Source of the DNA: an uncultured Nitrospiraceae bacterium
GTDB taxonomy: Bacteria; Nitrospirota; Thermodesulfovibrionia; Thermodesulfovibrionales; Dissulfurispiraceae
NCBI GenBank assembly: GCA_947085205.1
Contig: CAMTVO010000051.1
Coordinates: forward strand, 1 to 13,126
DNA: 13,126 bases
Direction of reading: 5' to 3'
A program made the position numbers and the translations under genes. Positions 1-7,430 of this stretch are shown piece by piece (the stretch's first letter is position 1; each line of letters starts with the position of its first letter). The notes under the pieces were generated by a model, which was not told the origin of the DNA, searched no databases, and saw only the letters and a list, made by a program, of their open reading frames with translations.

Positions 1-23
1 CGCATTACGCATAACGCATTACG
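1..23. repeat. Degenerate heptamer tandem repeat (CGCATTA-CGCATAA-CGCATTA-CG), possibly cut by the window edge
   Basis: Read directly from bases 1-23: 3.3 copies of a 7-mer with one mismatch, ending 7 nt before the GGAGG of cooS. Confidence 0.7.
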
Positions 24-30
24 AAATTGT

Positions 31-35
31 GGAGG
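31..35 (+). promoter_or_regulatory. Shine-Dalgarno sequence of cooS
   Basis: GGAGG at 31-35, 5 nt before the ATG at 41. Confidence 0.75.
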
Positions 36-40
36 TAAAA

Positions 41-2020
41 ATGAGCAAGGAAATAAAAGTTGCAAGTGATGTTTCGCAAGAGGTTGTAGAATGGGCAGAA
101 GAACATGGTTTTGAAACCTGCATTGACAGGGCAATGAAACTAAAACCCTGCCCAATAGGCGAGGAGGGCGCATGCTGCAGGGTGTGCCATATGGGACCTT
201 GCAGATTTACAGGAAGCAAAAAGGAAGAGGTGAAAGGCGTCTGCGGTGCGAATGTCGATGTTGTCGCAGCAAGGAACTTCTTGAGAATGGTAGCCGCAGG
301 AACATCTGCACACTCAGACCATGCCCGTGATATGGCTTTTACTCTTCTTGAAGTTGCAAGGGGCGAAGTTAAAGACTTTGAGATAAAGGACTGGAGAAAA
401 CTTTATAGGATTGCAGAAGTAATGGGAATCGAGTTTGAGGGCAAGGACAGGATGAAGGTTGCAGAGGAGGTTGCCCTTAAATATATAGAACACTTTACGC
501 AGCAGAAAGGAGAACTCCTATATTTCCACAGGGCGCCGAAAAAGACGCAGGAGAGATGGAGAAAATGGGGAGTTATGCCGCGCGGTATAGACAGGGAAGT
601 TGTCGAGGCGCTTCACAGGACGAGCATCGGCGTTGACCAGGACCCCGACAATATAATGTCGGCTGCTGCAAAGACAGGTCTTGCCGACGGATGGGGCGGC
701 TGCATGATTTCAACGGATATTACGGATATACTTTTCGGTACGCCAAGGCCGATTAAGTCTAAAGCAAGCGTCGGCATTTTTAAAGAGGACGAAGTGAATA
801 TAGTAGTCCACGGACATGAGCCGACCCTTGCAGAGATGATTGTGGATGTCGTGAATGAGCCTGAATTAATTGAATATGCAAAAAGCAAGGGTGCAAAGGG
901 AATAAACTTAGGCGGTATGTGCTGCACTGCCAATGAAGTCCTCATGAGGCACGGTATTCCCACTGCAGGCGGATTTGTAAATCAGGAACTCGGTCTAATG
1001 ACAGGGCTTGTGGATGCAATTACTGTTGATGTTCAGTGCATAATGCCGGCAATTGTGGAGATTTCCAAAAAATTCCATACAAAGGTGATTACAACGATCT
1101 ATAAAGCAAAGCTGACAGGGGCGATTCATATTGAGTATGACGAACACAGGGCAAAGGAAATCGCACGGCAGATTGTAAGGCTGGCAATAGATAACTTTCC
1201 CAATAGAACCAAAGAAGGAAGCCATGTTACAAAGACCTATCCCCTCATCGGCGGATTCTCTCATGAGTATATAGAGTATATGCAGGGAGGCACATGGAGA
1301 GGCTCATTCAGGCCGCTGAATGACGCAATAATTGCCGGAAGAGTGAGGGGTGTTGTGGGAATTGCAGGATGCGACAACCCCAGAGTTCAGTCAACCGGTA
1401 TTCATAAGTTTCTTGCCACCGAATTAATAAGAAACGATGTCCTTGTTGTCGCAACAGGATGCGGCGCTGCTGCATGCGGAACAATGGGTTATCTTACGCC
1501 TGAAACTGCACTGGAAATGGCCGGCCCCGGTCTCAGAGAGGTGTGCGAAGCAATAGGAATCCCGCCGGTTCTCCACCTTGGAGCATGCGTTGATAATTCA
1601 AGGATTCTGACAATCCTTTCTGCAATGGCTGCAGAAGGCGGACTGTCTGACGAAATCGGTGGAATGCCTGGAGTCGGAATTGCCCCTGAATGGATGTCTG
1701 AAAAGGCAATAGCTATTGGAACATATTTCGTTGTATCAGGCGTCCCTGTCATCTTCGGCGGAAAATCACCTGTCGGCTCAAGCAAAGAGGTGACAAGGAT
1801 AATGACAGAGGTCTGGCTGGAGAGATTCAGGGGCGCATTCCATTTTGAAGAAGACCCTGAAAAGATGCTTGCAATTGCCCTTAATTATATCGACAATGCA
1901 AGGGCAGGACTGAAGCTCAAGAAATATGAGCCGGGAAGATTCGGAACAGAGCGCGTGCTTATGGATATGGCTGCAAGGCGTGAAATCGAGAAGGCTGCAA
2001 AACCGCATATTGGATTATAA
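41..2020 (+). CDS. cooS: Anaerobic Ni,Fe carbon-monoxide dehydrogenase catalytic subunit (CooS/AcsA type)
   Basis: D/B-cluster motif CPIGEEGACCRVCHMGPC plus GVCGA. Catalytic His stretch SAHSDH. C-cluster ligand motifs VHGHEP, GMCCTANE, DVQC, AGCDNP, TGC and GACVDNSR, and the conserved Lys in WMSEKA. Start moved from GTG 29 to ATG 41 because the SD lies at 31-35. Confidence 0.97.
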   Translation: MSKEIKVASDVSQEVVEWAEEHGFETCIDRAMKLKPCPIGEEGACCRVCHMGPCRFTGSKKEEVKGVCGANVDVVAARNFLRMVAAGTSAHSDHARDMAFTLLEVARGEVKDFEIKDWRKLYRIAEVMGIEFEGKDRMKVAEEVALKYIEHFTQQKGELLYFHRAPKKTQERWRKWGVMPRGIDREVVEALHRTSIGVDQDPDNIMSAAAKTGLADGWGGCMISTDITDILFGTPRPIKSKASVGIFKEDEVNIVVHGHEPTLAEMIVDVVNEPELIEYAKSKGAKGINLGGMCCTANEVLMRHGIPTAGGFVNQELGLMTGLVDAITVDVQCIMPAIVEISKKFHTKVITTIYKAKLTGAIHIEYDEHRAKEIARQIVRLAIDNFPNRTKEGSHVTKTYPLIGGFSHEYIEYMQGGTWRGSFRPLNDAIIAGRVRGVVGIAGCDNPRVQSTGIHKFLATELIRNDVLVVATGCGAAACGTMGYLTPETALEMAGPGLREVCEAIGIPPVLHLGACVDNSRILTILSAMAAEGGLSDEIGGMPGVGIAPEWMSEKAIAIGTYFVVSGVPVIFGGKSPVGSSKEVTRIMTEVWLERFRGAFHFEEDPEKMLAIALNYIDNARAGLKLKKYEPGRFGTERVLMDMAARREIEKAAKPHIGL

Positions 2021-2033
2021 CGTGAAGCATTTT

Positions 2034-2068
2034 AATATAGGTCAAATAGGACATATATGACCTATATT
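2034..2068. repeat. 11-bp perfect inverted repeat built from degenerate 9-mers, directly before the nuoE-like RBS
   Basis: AATATAGGTCA (2034-2044) pairs with TGACCTATATT (2058-2068) around a 13-nt loop. The same stretch reads as ATAGGTCAA-ATAGGACAT-ATATGACCT (2037-2063). GGAGG follows at 2071-2075. Confidence 0.75.
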
Positions 2069-2082
2069 TTGGAGGTTAATCA

Positions 2083-2574
2083 ATGATAGATATTCAAGAA
2101 GAGATGGGCATGGTTGGCGATGCGCTCACTGACGAGCAGAAAAGAAAAGCTGTTTTAATTCATGCCTTTCATAAGATACAGAAGGAGAATAACTATTTAC
2201 CCGAAGAAAAGCTTAACGAGATTTCAGAGGAATTGAGCATCCCACTTTCAGAGGTTTACAGCGCTGCTTCGTTTTATAAGCAGTTCTATTTCAAGCCGAG
2301 GGGCAAGAATATTGTTTGCGTCTGCGTCGGAACTGCATGCCATGTAAGAGGCGCTCAGGCGGTAGTTAATAAGTTTGAGGGATCATTCGGCGTAAAGGCA
2401 GGTGAGACCACAGAGGATTTAGCGGTCACACTGGAGACCGTCGGCTGCGTCGGCTGCTGCGGTCTTGCGCCTGTGGTGGTTGTGAATGATGAAATTACCG
2501 GAGAACTAACTCCTGCAGAAACAAATGCCATTATAGAAGCTATAAAAGAAGGGTCGTATGAAAAGACTGGCTAA
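2083..2574 (+). CDS. nuoE: NuoE/HydC (BfuC)-like [2Fe-2S] subunit of a soluble NAD(P)H oxidoreductase
   Basis: N-terminal helical domain ...EVYSAASFYKQF, then thioredoxin-like [2Fe-2S] motifs VCVGTACHVRGA and ETVGCVGCCGLAP. SD GGAGG at 2071-2075. The symbol denotes the family, not respiratory complex I. Confidence 0.93.
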   Translation: MIDIQEEMGMVGDALTDEQKRKAVLIHAFHKIQKENNYLPEEKLNEISEELSIPLSEVYSAASFYKQFYFKPRGKNIVCVCVGTACHVRGAQAVVNKFEGSFGVKAGETTEDLAVTLETVGCVGCCGLAPVVVVNDEITGELTPAETNAIIEAIKEGSYEKTG

Positions 2575-4465
2575 CAGGCAAGAGATAATAGAACTGCGCG
2601 GCAGGCTTAAAGCCGACTTTCTTGGCGCTGATAAAAAGAAGGTTAAGCTCTGCTGTGGAACAGCATGCAGGGCTACAGGCTCATTAAAGGTGCTGGATGC
2701 TTTAAAGACTGAAATGCAAAAGCGCAGCGAGGATGTTGATATTGTGACCACCGGATGCCAGGGACTTTGTCAGAAAGGGCCTTTGATGAAGGTCGAGCCG
2801 CATGGATATTTTTACCAGAGGGTTACTACGGCTCATGCGCCAAAGATTGTGGAGTATACATTATCAGCAGGTTTTCCAGTTCGTGAGCTTTTGTATAAAG
2901 ACAGCATAATCACAAAACCGATTGAGGCTATGGATGAGGTGCCGTTTTACAAAAAGCAGATGAGGCTTGTGCTCAGAAACAACGAGAGGATTGATCCTGG
3001 AAACATCCACCAGTATATAGCCCATGACGGCTATTCTGCGCTCGAAAAGGCGTTTTTTTCCTTGACTCCTGAAGCCGTTATAGAAGAGATGAAGGCATCA
3101 GGTCTCAGGGGCAGGGGCGGCGCAGGATTTCCCGCAGGAATAAAGTGGGAAGCGGTAAGGCGTTCTGTCAATAAAACAAAAATGGTTGTGGCTAATGGTG
3201 ACGAAGGAGACCCGGGCGCATTCATGGACCGTTCAATAATGGAAGGAGACCCTCACAGTCTGATAGAGGGAATGCTGATATGCGCATATGCAATCGGCGC
3301 AAGATACGGATTTATATATGTAAGGCACGAGTATCCGCTTGCCGTTAAAAACCTGAATGTAGCCATAAAACAGGCAAGGGATTTAGGATTTCTTGGCGAT
3401 AATATTCTGGGTACGGAAGTCAGTTTTGACATATCCATAAGGGAAGGCGCAGGAGCATTTGTCTGCGGCGAGGAGACAGCCCTTTTGCAGTCCATAGAAG
3501 GGAAAAGGGGATTTCCTGTGCAGAAGCCTCCATTCCCTGCCGAAAGAGGAGTATGGGCATATCCGACATGCATTAACAACATCGAGACATTTGCCAATGT
3601 TCCGTATATCCTATCTGTCGGCAGCGAGAATTTTGCAAAATTAGGAACTGAAAGGAGCAAAGGCACAAAGGTCTTTGCGCTTACAGGAAAGATTAAAAAT
3701 ACAGGTCTAATCGAAGTTCCTATGGGCATCACTCTCAGGGAGATAATTTACGATATAGGCGGCGGGATGTTGAGTGACAAGAAGCTTAAGGCTGTACAGA
3801 CAGGAGGACCTTCAGGCGGCTGCATACCGGCCGAGCAAATAGATTTGCAGGTGGATTTTGACTCGCTCTTCAGCGTCGGCTCCATGATGGGTTCAGGCGG
3901 TCTTGTGGCTATGGACGAGAATGACTGCATGGTTGATGTGGCGAAGTTCTTCCTCTCATTCACACAGCAGGAGTCGTGCGGGAAGTGCCCTCCATGCAGA
4001 ATCGGCACATACCAGATGCTCCAGATACTGGATAGGATTACAAAGGGCGAAGGGGCTGCGGGAGACATTGAAAGGCTTCAACATATTGGGAATATGGTCA
4101 AGGAAGGCTCCCTCTGCGGATTAGGCAAGACTGCTCCAAACCCAGTACTGTCAACTATAAAATACTTCAGAGAGGAATACGAGGAGCATATTAATAACAA
4201 GTTTTGCAAGGCAAAGGTCTGCAAGGGACTCGGGTTTTATAGAATAGACAACGAGGAGTGTTTTCTCTGCGGTCTCTGCAAACAGGCGTGTGTCTATGAC
4301 GCAATTGTCGAGCTTAAGGACAGTTTCCATATAGATATGGACTACTGCGCAAAGTGCAAGGCGTGTTATGAGACATGCCCCATTGATGCGGTGAAAATAG
4401 AAAAAGCAGGATATAAACATCAAGCCGCTATATATACCAATATTCGGGCAGATGTTCAGGAGTAG
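2558..4465 (+). CDS. nuoF: NuoF/HydB (BfuB)-like FMN/NAD(H)-binding subunit, copy 1, long form with N-terminal [2Fe-2S] and C-terminal 2x[4Fe-4S]
   Basis: Motifs CCGTAC...GCQGLC, GLRGRGGAGFP, NGDEGDPGAFMDRS, GAGAFVCGEETAL, GGPSGG, CMVD...ESCGKCPPCR...SLCGLG, EEH..KFCKAKVC, CFLCGLCKQAC and CAKCKACYETCP. Overlaps the nuoE-like gene by 17 nt. Confidence 0.94.
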   Translation: MKRLANRQEIIELRGRLKADFLGADKKKVKLCCGTACRATGSLKVLDALKTEMQKRSEDVDIVTTGCQGLCQKGPLMKVEPHGYFYQRVTTAHAPKIVEYTLSAGFPVRELLYKDSIITKPIEAMDEVPFYKKQMRLVLRNNERIDPGNIHQYIAHDGYSALEKAFFSLTPEAVIEEMKASGLRGRGGAGFPAGIKWEAVRRSVNKTKMVVANGDEGDPGAFMDRSIMEGDPHSLIEGMLICAYAIGARYGFIYVRHEYPLAVKNLNVAIKQARDLGFLGDNILGTEVSFDISIREGAGAFVCGEETALLQSIEGKRGFPVQKPPFPAERGVWAYPTCINNIETFANVPYILSVGSENFAKLGTERSKGTKVFALTGKIKNTGLIEVPMGITLREIIYDIGGGMLSDKKLKAVQTGGPSGGCIPAEQIDLQVDFDSLFSVGSMMGSGGLVAMDENDCMVDVAKFFLSFTQQESCGKCPPCRIGTYQMLQILDRITKGEGAAGDIERLQHIGNMVKEGSLCGLGKTAPNPVLSTIKYFREEYEEHINNKFCKAKVCKGLGFYRIDNEECFLCGLCKQACVYDAIVELKDSFHIDMDYCAKCKACYETCPIDAVKIEKAGYKHQAAIYTNIRADVQE

Positions 4466-4468
4466 GGC

Positions 4469-6346
4469 GTGGAGAGACTGAAGAGTATAAATGAGCTAAG
4501 AAGTTTGAGAGAAGGCCTTATAAAAGAAGAAGAAGGCAAGATTATCATAAAGGCATGCGGCGGCAGCGCTTGCAGGGCATCAGGCTCACGCAATGTTGTT
4601 AAGAAAATAAAAGAAGAGGCAGGGCAAAGAGGACTTGATGTAGAGGTTAAGGTTACAGGCTGCCGCGGTCTCTGCTCAAAGGGGCCTAATGTTAGGATTG
4701 AACCCCATGATATATTCTATACGAGGGTGAAGTCGGATATGGTGCCTCAACTCATGGGATACACATTCTTAGCAAATACGCCATTCAGGCCGCTCCTTTA
4801 CAGGGATGACATATTAAGCGAGCCGGTTGTGAGGGTTGAGGATATTCCTCTTTATAAAAAGCAGCAGCGTCTGGTGCTGAGACTTAACGGATTGATTGAT
4901 CCGAAATCCATAACGGATTATATAAAAGCAGGCGGGTATTCATCGCTTGAAAAGGCGCTGTCTTCAATGACCCCTGACGATGTCCTGAATGAGATTGACA
5001 GGGCTAACTTGAGAGGACGCGGCGGCGCGGGATTTCCTGCCGGGAAGAAATGGAGACACACAAAGGGCGCAAAGAGCGATATAAAATTTGTTATTGCCAA
5101 CGGCGATGAAGGCGACCCGGGCGCCTTTATGGACAGGTCGATTATGGAAGGCAATCCTCACAGCCTCCTTGAAGGCATGATACTCAATGCATACGCCATA
5201 GGCGCTCAATATGGATTTGTCTATGTCAGGCATGAATATCCACTTGCCGTGGAAAACCTGCATGTTGCCATAAATCAGGCAAGAGATATGGGGATATTGG
5301 GTAAAAATATACTGGGTGCGGATTTTAGTTTCGATATAGGCATAAGGGAAGGCGCAGGAGCATTTGTCTGCGGTGAGTCCACTGCGCTCATAGCCTCAAT
5401 TGAGGGTTCCAGAGGCTTCCCGAGGCCTCGGCCTCCGAGGCTTTCTGAAGTTGGCGGCGGAGTATGGGGTTATCCCACAAACCTTAACAATATAGAGACA
5501 TTTGCGAATGTGCCGGTAATTATAGAAAACGGCGCCGACTATTTTCTTTCCATAGGAATGAAGAGTTCTCCAGGCACAAAGGTCTTTGCGCTTGCCGGAA
5601 AGGTAAAAAATTCATGCCTTGTCGAAGTGCCGATGGGTATTACCCTGAGGGAGATAGTCTATGAAGTCGGCGGCGGAATAATCGGCGACAAGAAGTTTAA
5701 GGCAATACAGACAGGAGGACCGTCAGGAGGATGCCTCCCTGAGAGCATGCTCGATACGCCTGTGGATTTCGACACATTGACAAAGGCAGGCTCTATGATG
5801 GGCTCAGGCGGTATGATAGTGTTGGACGAGGACAACTGCATGGTGGATGTTGCAAAGTATTTTTTATCTTTCTGCCAGTCCGAATCCTGCGGAAAATGCC
5901 CTCCTTGCAGAATCGGCACATACCAGATGCTTGAGATACTGGAGAGGATTACCACAGGCAAAGGTGAGCCCGGAGACATAGAAAGGCTTGAAGATATAGG
6001 CAATAGAATTGCAGAAAGCGCCCTCTGCGGATTAGGCAATTCCGCGCCTAATCCAGTGCTTTCCACTATAAAATACTTCCGCGAAGAGTACGAGGAGCAT
6101 ATTTACGATAAGTATTGCCGCGCAAAGGTCTGCAGCGGACTCGGAATATACGTGATTGATGACGAACAATGTTTCCTCTGCGGACTCTGCAAACAGGCAT
6201 GCGCCTTTGATGCGGTTAAGGAAGGCAGGGATAAATTCTTCATCGATCAAGACTACTGTACAAAGTGCAAGGCATGTTATATTGCCTGTCCTATAGGCGC
6301 TGTAAAGATAGAAAAACAAAAAGGGCACAAAAAGATTAAAGTTTAG
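4469..6346 (+). CDS. nuoF: NuoF/HydB (BfuB)-like FMN/NAD(P)H-binding subunit, copy 2 (tandem paralog)
   Basis: Same architecture as copy 1: CGGSAC...GCRGLC, LRGRGGAGFP, NGDEGDPGAFMDRS, GAGAFVCGESTAL, GGPSGG, CMVD...ESCGKCPPCR...LCGLG, EEH..KYCRAKVC and two CxxCxxCxxxC motifs. GTG start 3 nt after the copy 1 stop, with AGGAG upstream. Confidence 0.94.
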   Translation: MERLKSINELRSLREGLIKEEEGKIIIKACGGSACRASGSRNVVKKIKEEAGQRGLDVEVKVTGCRGLCSKGPNVRIEPHDIFYTRVKSDMVPQLMGYTFLANTPFRPLLYRDDILSEPVVRVEDIPLYKKQQRLVLRLNGLIDPKSITDYIKAGGYSSLEKALSSMTPDDVLNEIDRANLRGRGGAGFPAGKKWRHTKGAKSDIKFVIANGDEGDPGAFMDRSIMEGNPHSLLEGMILNAYAIGAQYGFVYVRHEYPLAVENLHVAINQARDMGILGKNILGADFSFDIGIREGAGAFVCGESTALIASIEGSRGFPRPRPPRLSEVGGGVWGYPTNLNNIETFANVPVIIENGADYFLSIGMKSSPGTKVFALAGKVKNSCLVEVPMGITLREIVYEVGGGIIGDKKFKAIQTGGPSGGCLPESMLDTPVDFDTLTKAGSMMGSGGMIVLDEDNCMVDVAKYFLSFCQSESCGKCPPCRIGTYQMLEILERITTGKGEPGDIERLEDIGNRIAESALCGLGNSAPNPVLSTIKYFREEYEEHIYDKYCRAKVCSGLGIYVIDDEQCFLCGLCKQACAFDAVKEGRDKFFIDQDYCTKCKACYIACPIGAVKIEKQKGHKKIKV

Positions 6347-6366
6347 CCGTAGAACAGGAGGCGGGA

Positions 6367-6777
6367 ATGAAGATAAAGGATATTCTGGACATGAAGGCAA
6401 ATAAAGAAGTTATCTCGGTATCTGTTGACAGCACTGTTGCCTATGCAATAAAGGTAATGGCCCGGAAGAATGTTGGAGATGTGTTGGTTATGGATAACGA
6501 CAGCCTTGTGGGGATATTTACCGAGAGAGATGTTTTGGCGTGTTATGCGAAGGGCGTATCCATTGAAAATGAACCCATAAAAAATGTTATGACAAAAAAT
6601 CCAATTACATTTGATGCGGCAACCGATATAAGCTTTGTGCTATCTTCCATGTGCCAGAAAAATATCAGGCATTTGCCGGTAGTCAGCGAGGGTAAGGTTG
6701 TCGGCGTAATATCATTCAGGGATGTAGTTAGATTTTTTATCCCTGAGATATGCTATATGGCAGAGCAAATGTATTAA
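6367..6777 (+). CDS. Stand-alone CBS-domain pair (Bateman module) protein
   Basis: CBS motifs LVGIFTERD, IKNVMTKNPIT and IRHLPVV..GKVVGVISFRD in 136 aa. SD AGGAGG upstream. Confidence 0.92.
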   Translation: MKIKDILDMKANKEVISVSVDSTVAYAIKVMARKNVGDVLVMDNDSLVGIFTERDVLACYAKGVSIENEPIKNVMTKNPITFDAATDISFVLSSMCQKNIRHLPVVSEGKVVGVISFRDVVRFFIPEICYMAEQMY

Positions 6778-6789
6778 TCTGGAGGTAAG

Positions 6790-7401
6790 ATGACCGAATC
6801 AAAAGAATTAAAGGTAGAAGACATAAAGGCAGAGGCAGAAAAAAACATAAAGTGCCCTGTTAATAAGGCGCTTTATTATGTCACGGAATTCCTTTCCGGT
6901 CTTATGTGCGGAAAATGTTTTCCATGTGCCATGGGGACATATGAGGCAAAGATAAGACTGCAGAATATTGTCGAAGGCAGGGGAATCGAGGCGGACATTT
7001 TAGCCGTAAAAAGGATTGCTACAGATATGCTTGAAGCTTCCATGTGTAAAAAGGGAAAGGATACCGCCAAGTTTATACTGCAATGGATGGGAACCGATGT
7101 CTTTAAAGAACATTCCGAAGGCAAATGCCCTGAGAGGGAATGCCTTGCACTTATAGAGTACAAGATTATTCCAGAGGACTGCATAATGTGCGGATTATGC
7201 CTGGATGCCTGTAAAGACAATGCAATATCAGGCGAGAAGAAAAAGAAATATCAGAGCGGTTATCTTCCATTCGAGGTAAGGCAGAAGAGATGCACCAAGT
7301 GCGGCGACTGCGTCCCAGTATGTCCTGCAGGTGCGGTTGTAATTGTTGAGGCTAAAGTTAAAGAGCCGATAGACATAGTTCAAGCAGTTCAAGGTAGTTA
7401 A
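6790..7401 (+). CDS. Iron-sulfur protein corresponding to the C-terminal part of NuoF/HydB ([4Fe-4S] helical domain plus 2x[4Fe-4S] ferredoxin), with no FMN/NADH domain
   Basis: KCPV...MCGKCFPCAMGT...ASMCKKG, KEH.EGKCPEREC, CIMCGLCLDAC and CTKCGDCVPVCP. Aligns by eye to the last roughly 190 aa of both NuoF copies. SD GGAGG at 6781-6785. Confidence 0.85.
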   Translation: MTESKELKVEDIKAEAEKNIKCPVNKALYYVTEFLSGLMCGKCFPCAMGTYEAKIRLQNIVEGRGIEADILAVKRIATDMLEASMCKKGKDTAKFILQWMGTDVFKEHSEGKCPERECLALIEYKIIPEDCIMCGLCLDACKDNAISGEKKKKYQSGYLPFEVRQKRCTKCGDCVPVCPAGAVVIVEAKVKEPIDIVQAVQGS

Positions 7402-7410
7402 AATTTGAAC
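7377..7410. repeat. Degenerate 9-mer direct repeats with an inverted copy, spanning the stop codon of the 6790 ORF
   Basis: AGTTCAAGC (7377-7385), AGTTCAAGG (7386-7394), AGTTAAAAT (7396-7404), then TTGAAC (7405-7410), the reverse complement of GTTCAA. Confidence 0.5.
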
Positions 7411-7430
7411 AATGTAATAAGGAGGATTAG

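Noticed and set aside
29..40. GTG start at 29 for cooS as given in the ORF track
   Set aside because: The GGAGG Shine-Dalgarno lies inside this segment and is correctly spaced for the ATG at 41.
5420..5431. Perfect 12-bp palindrome CCGAGGCCTCGG inside nuoF copy 2
   Set aside because: It is explained by Pro-Arg-Pro-Arg codons, occurs once, and has no supporting context.
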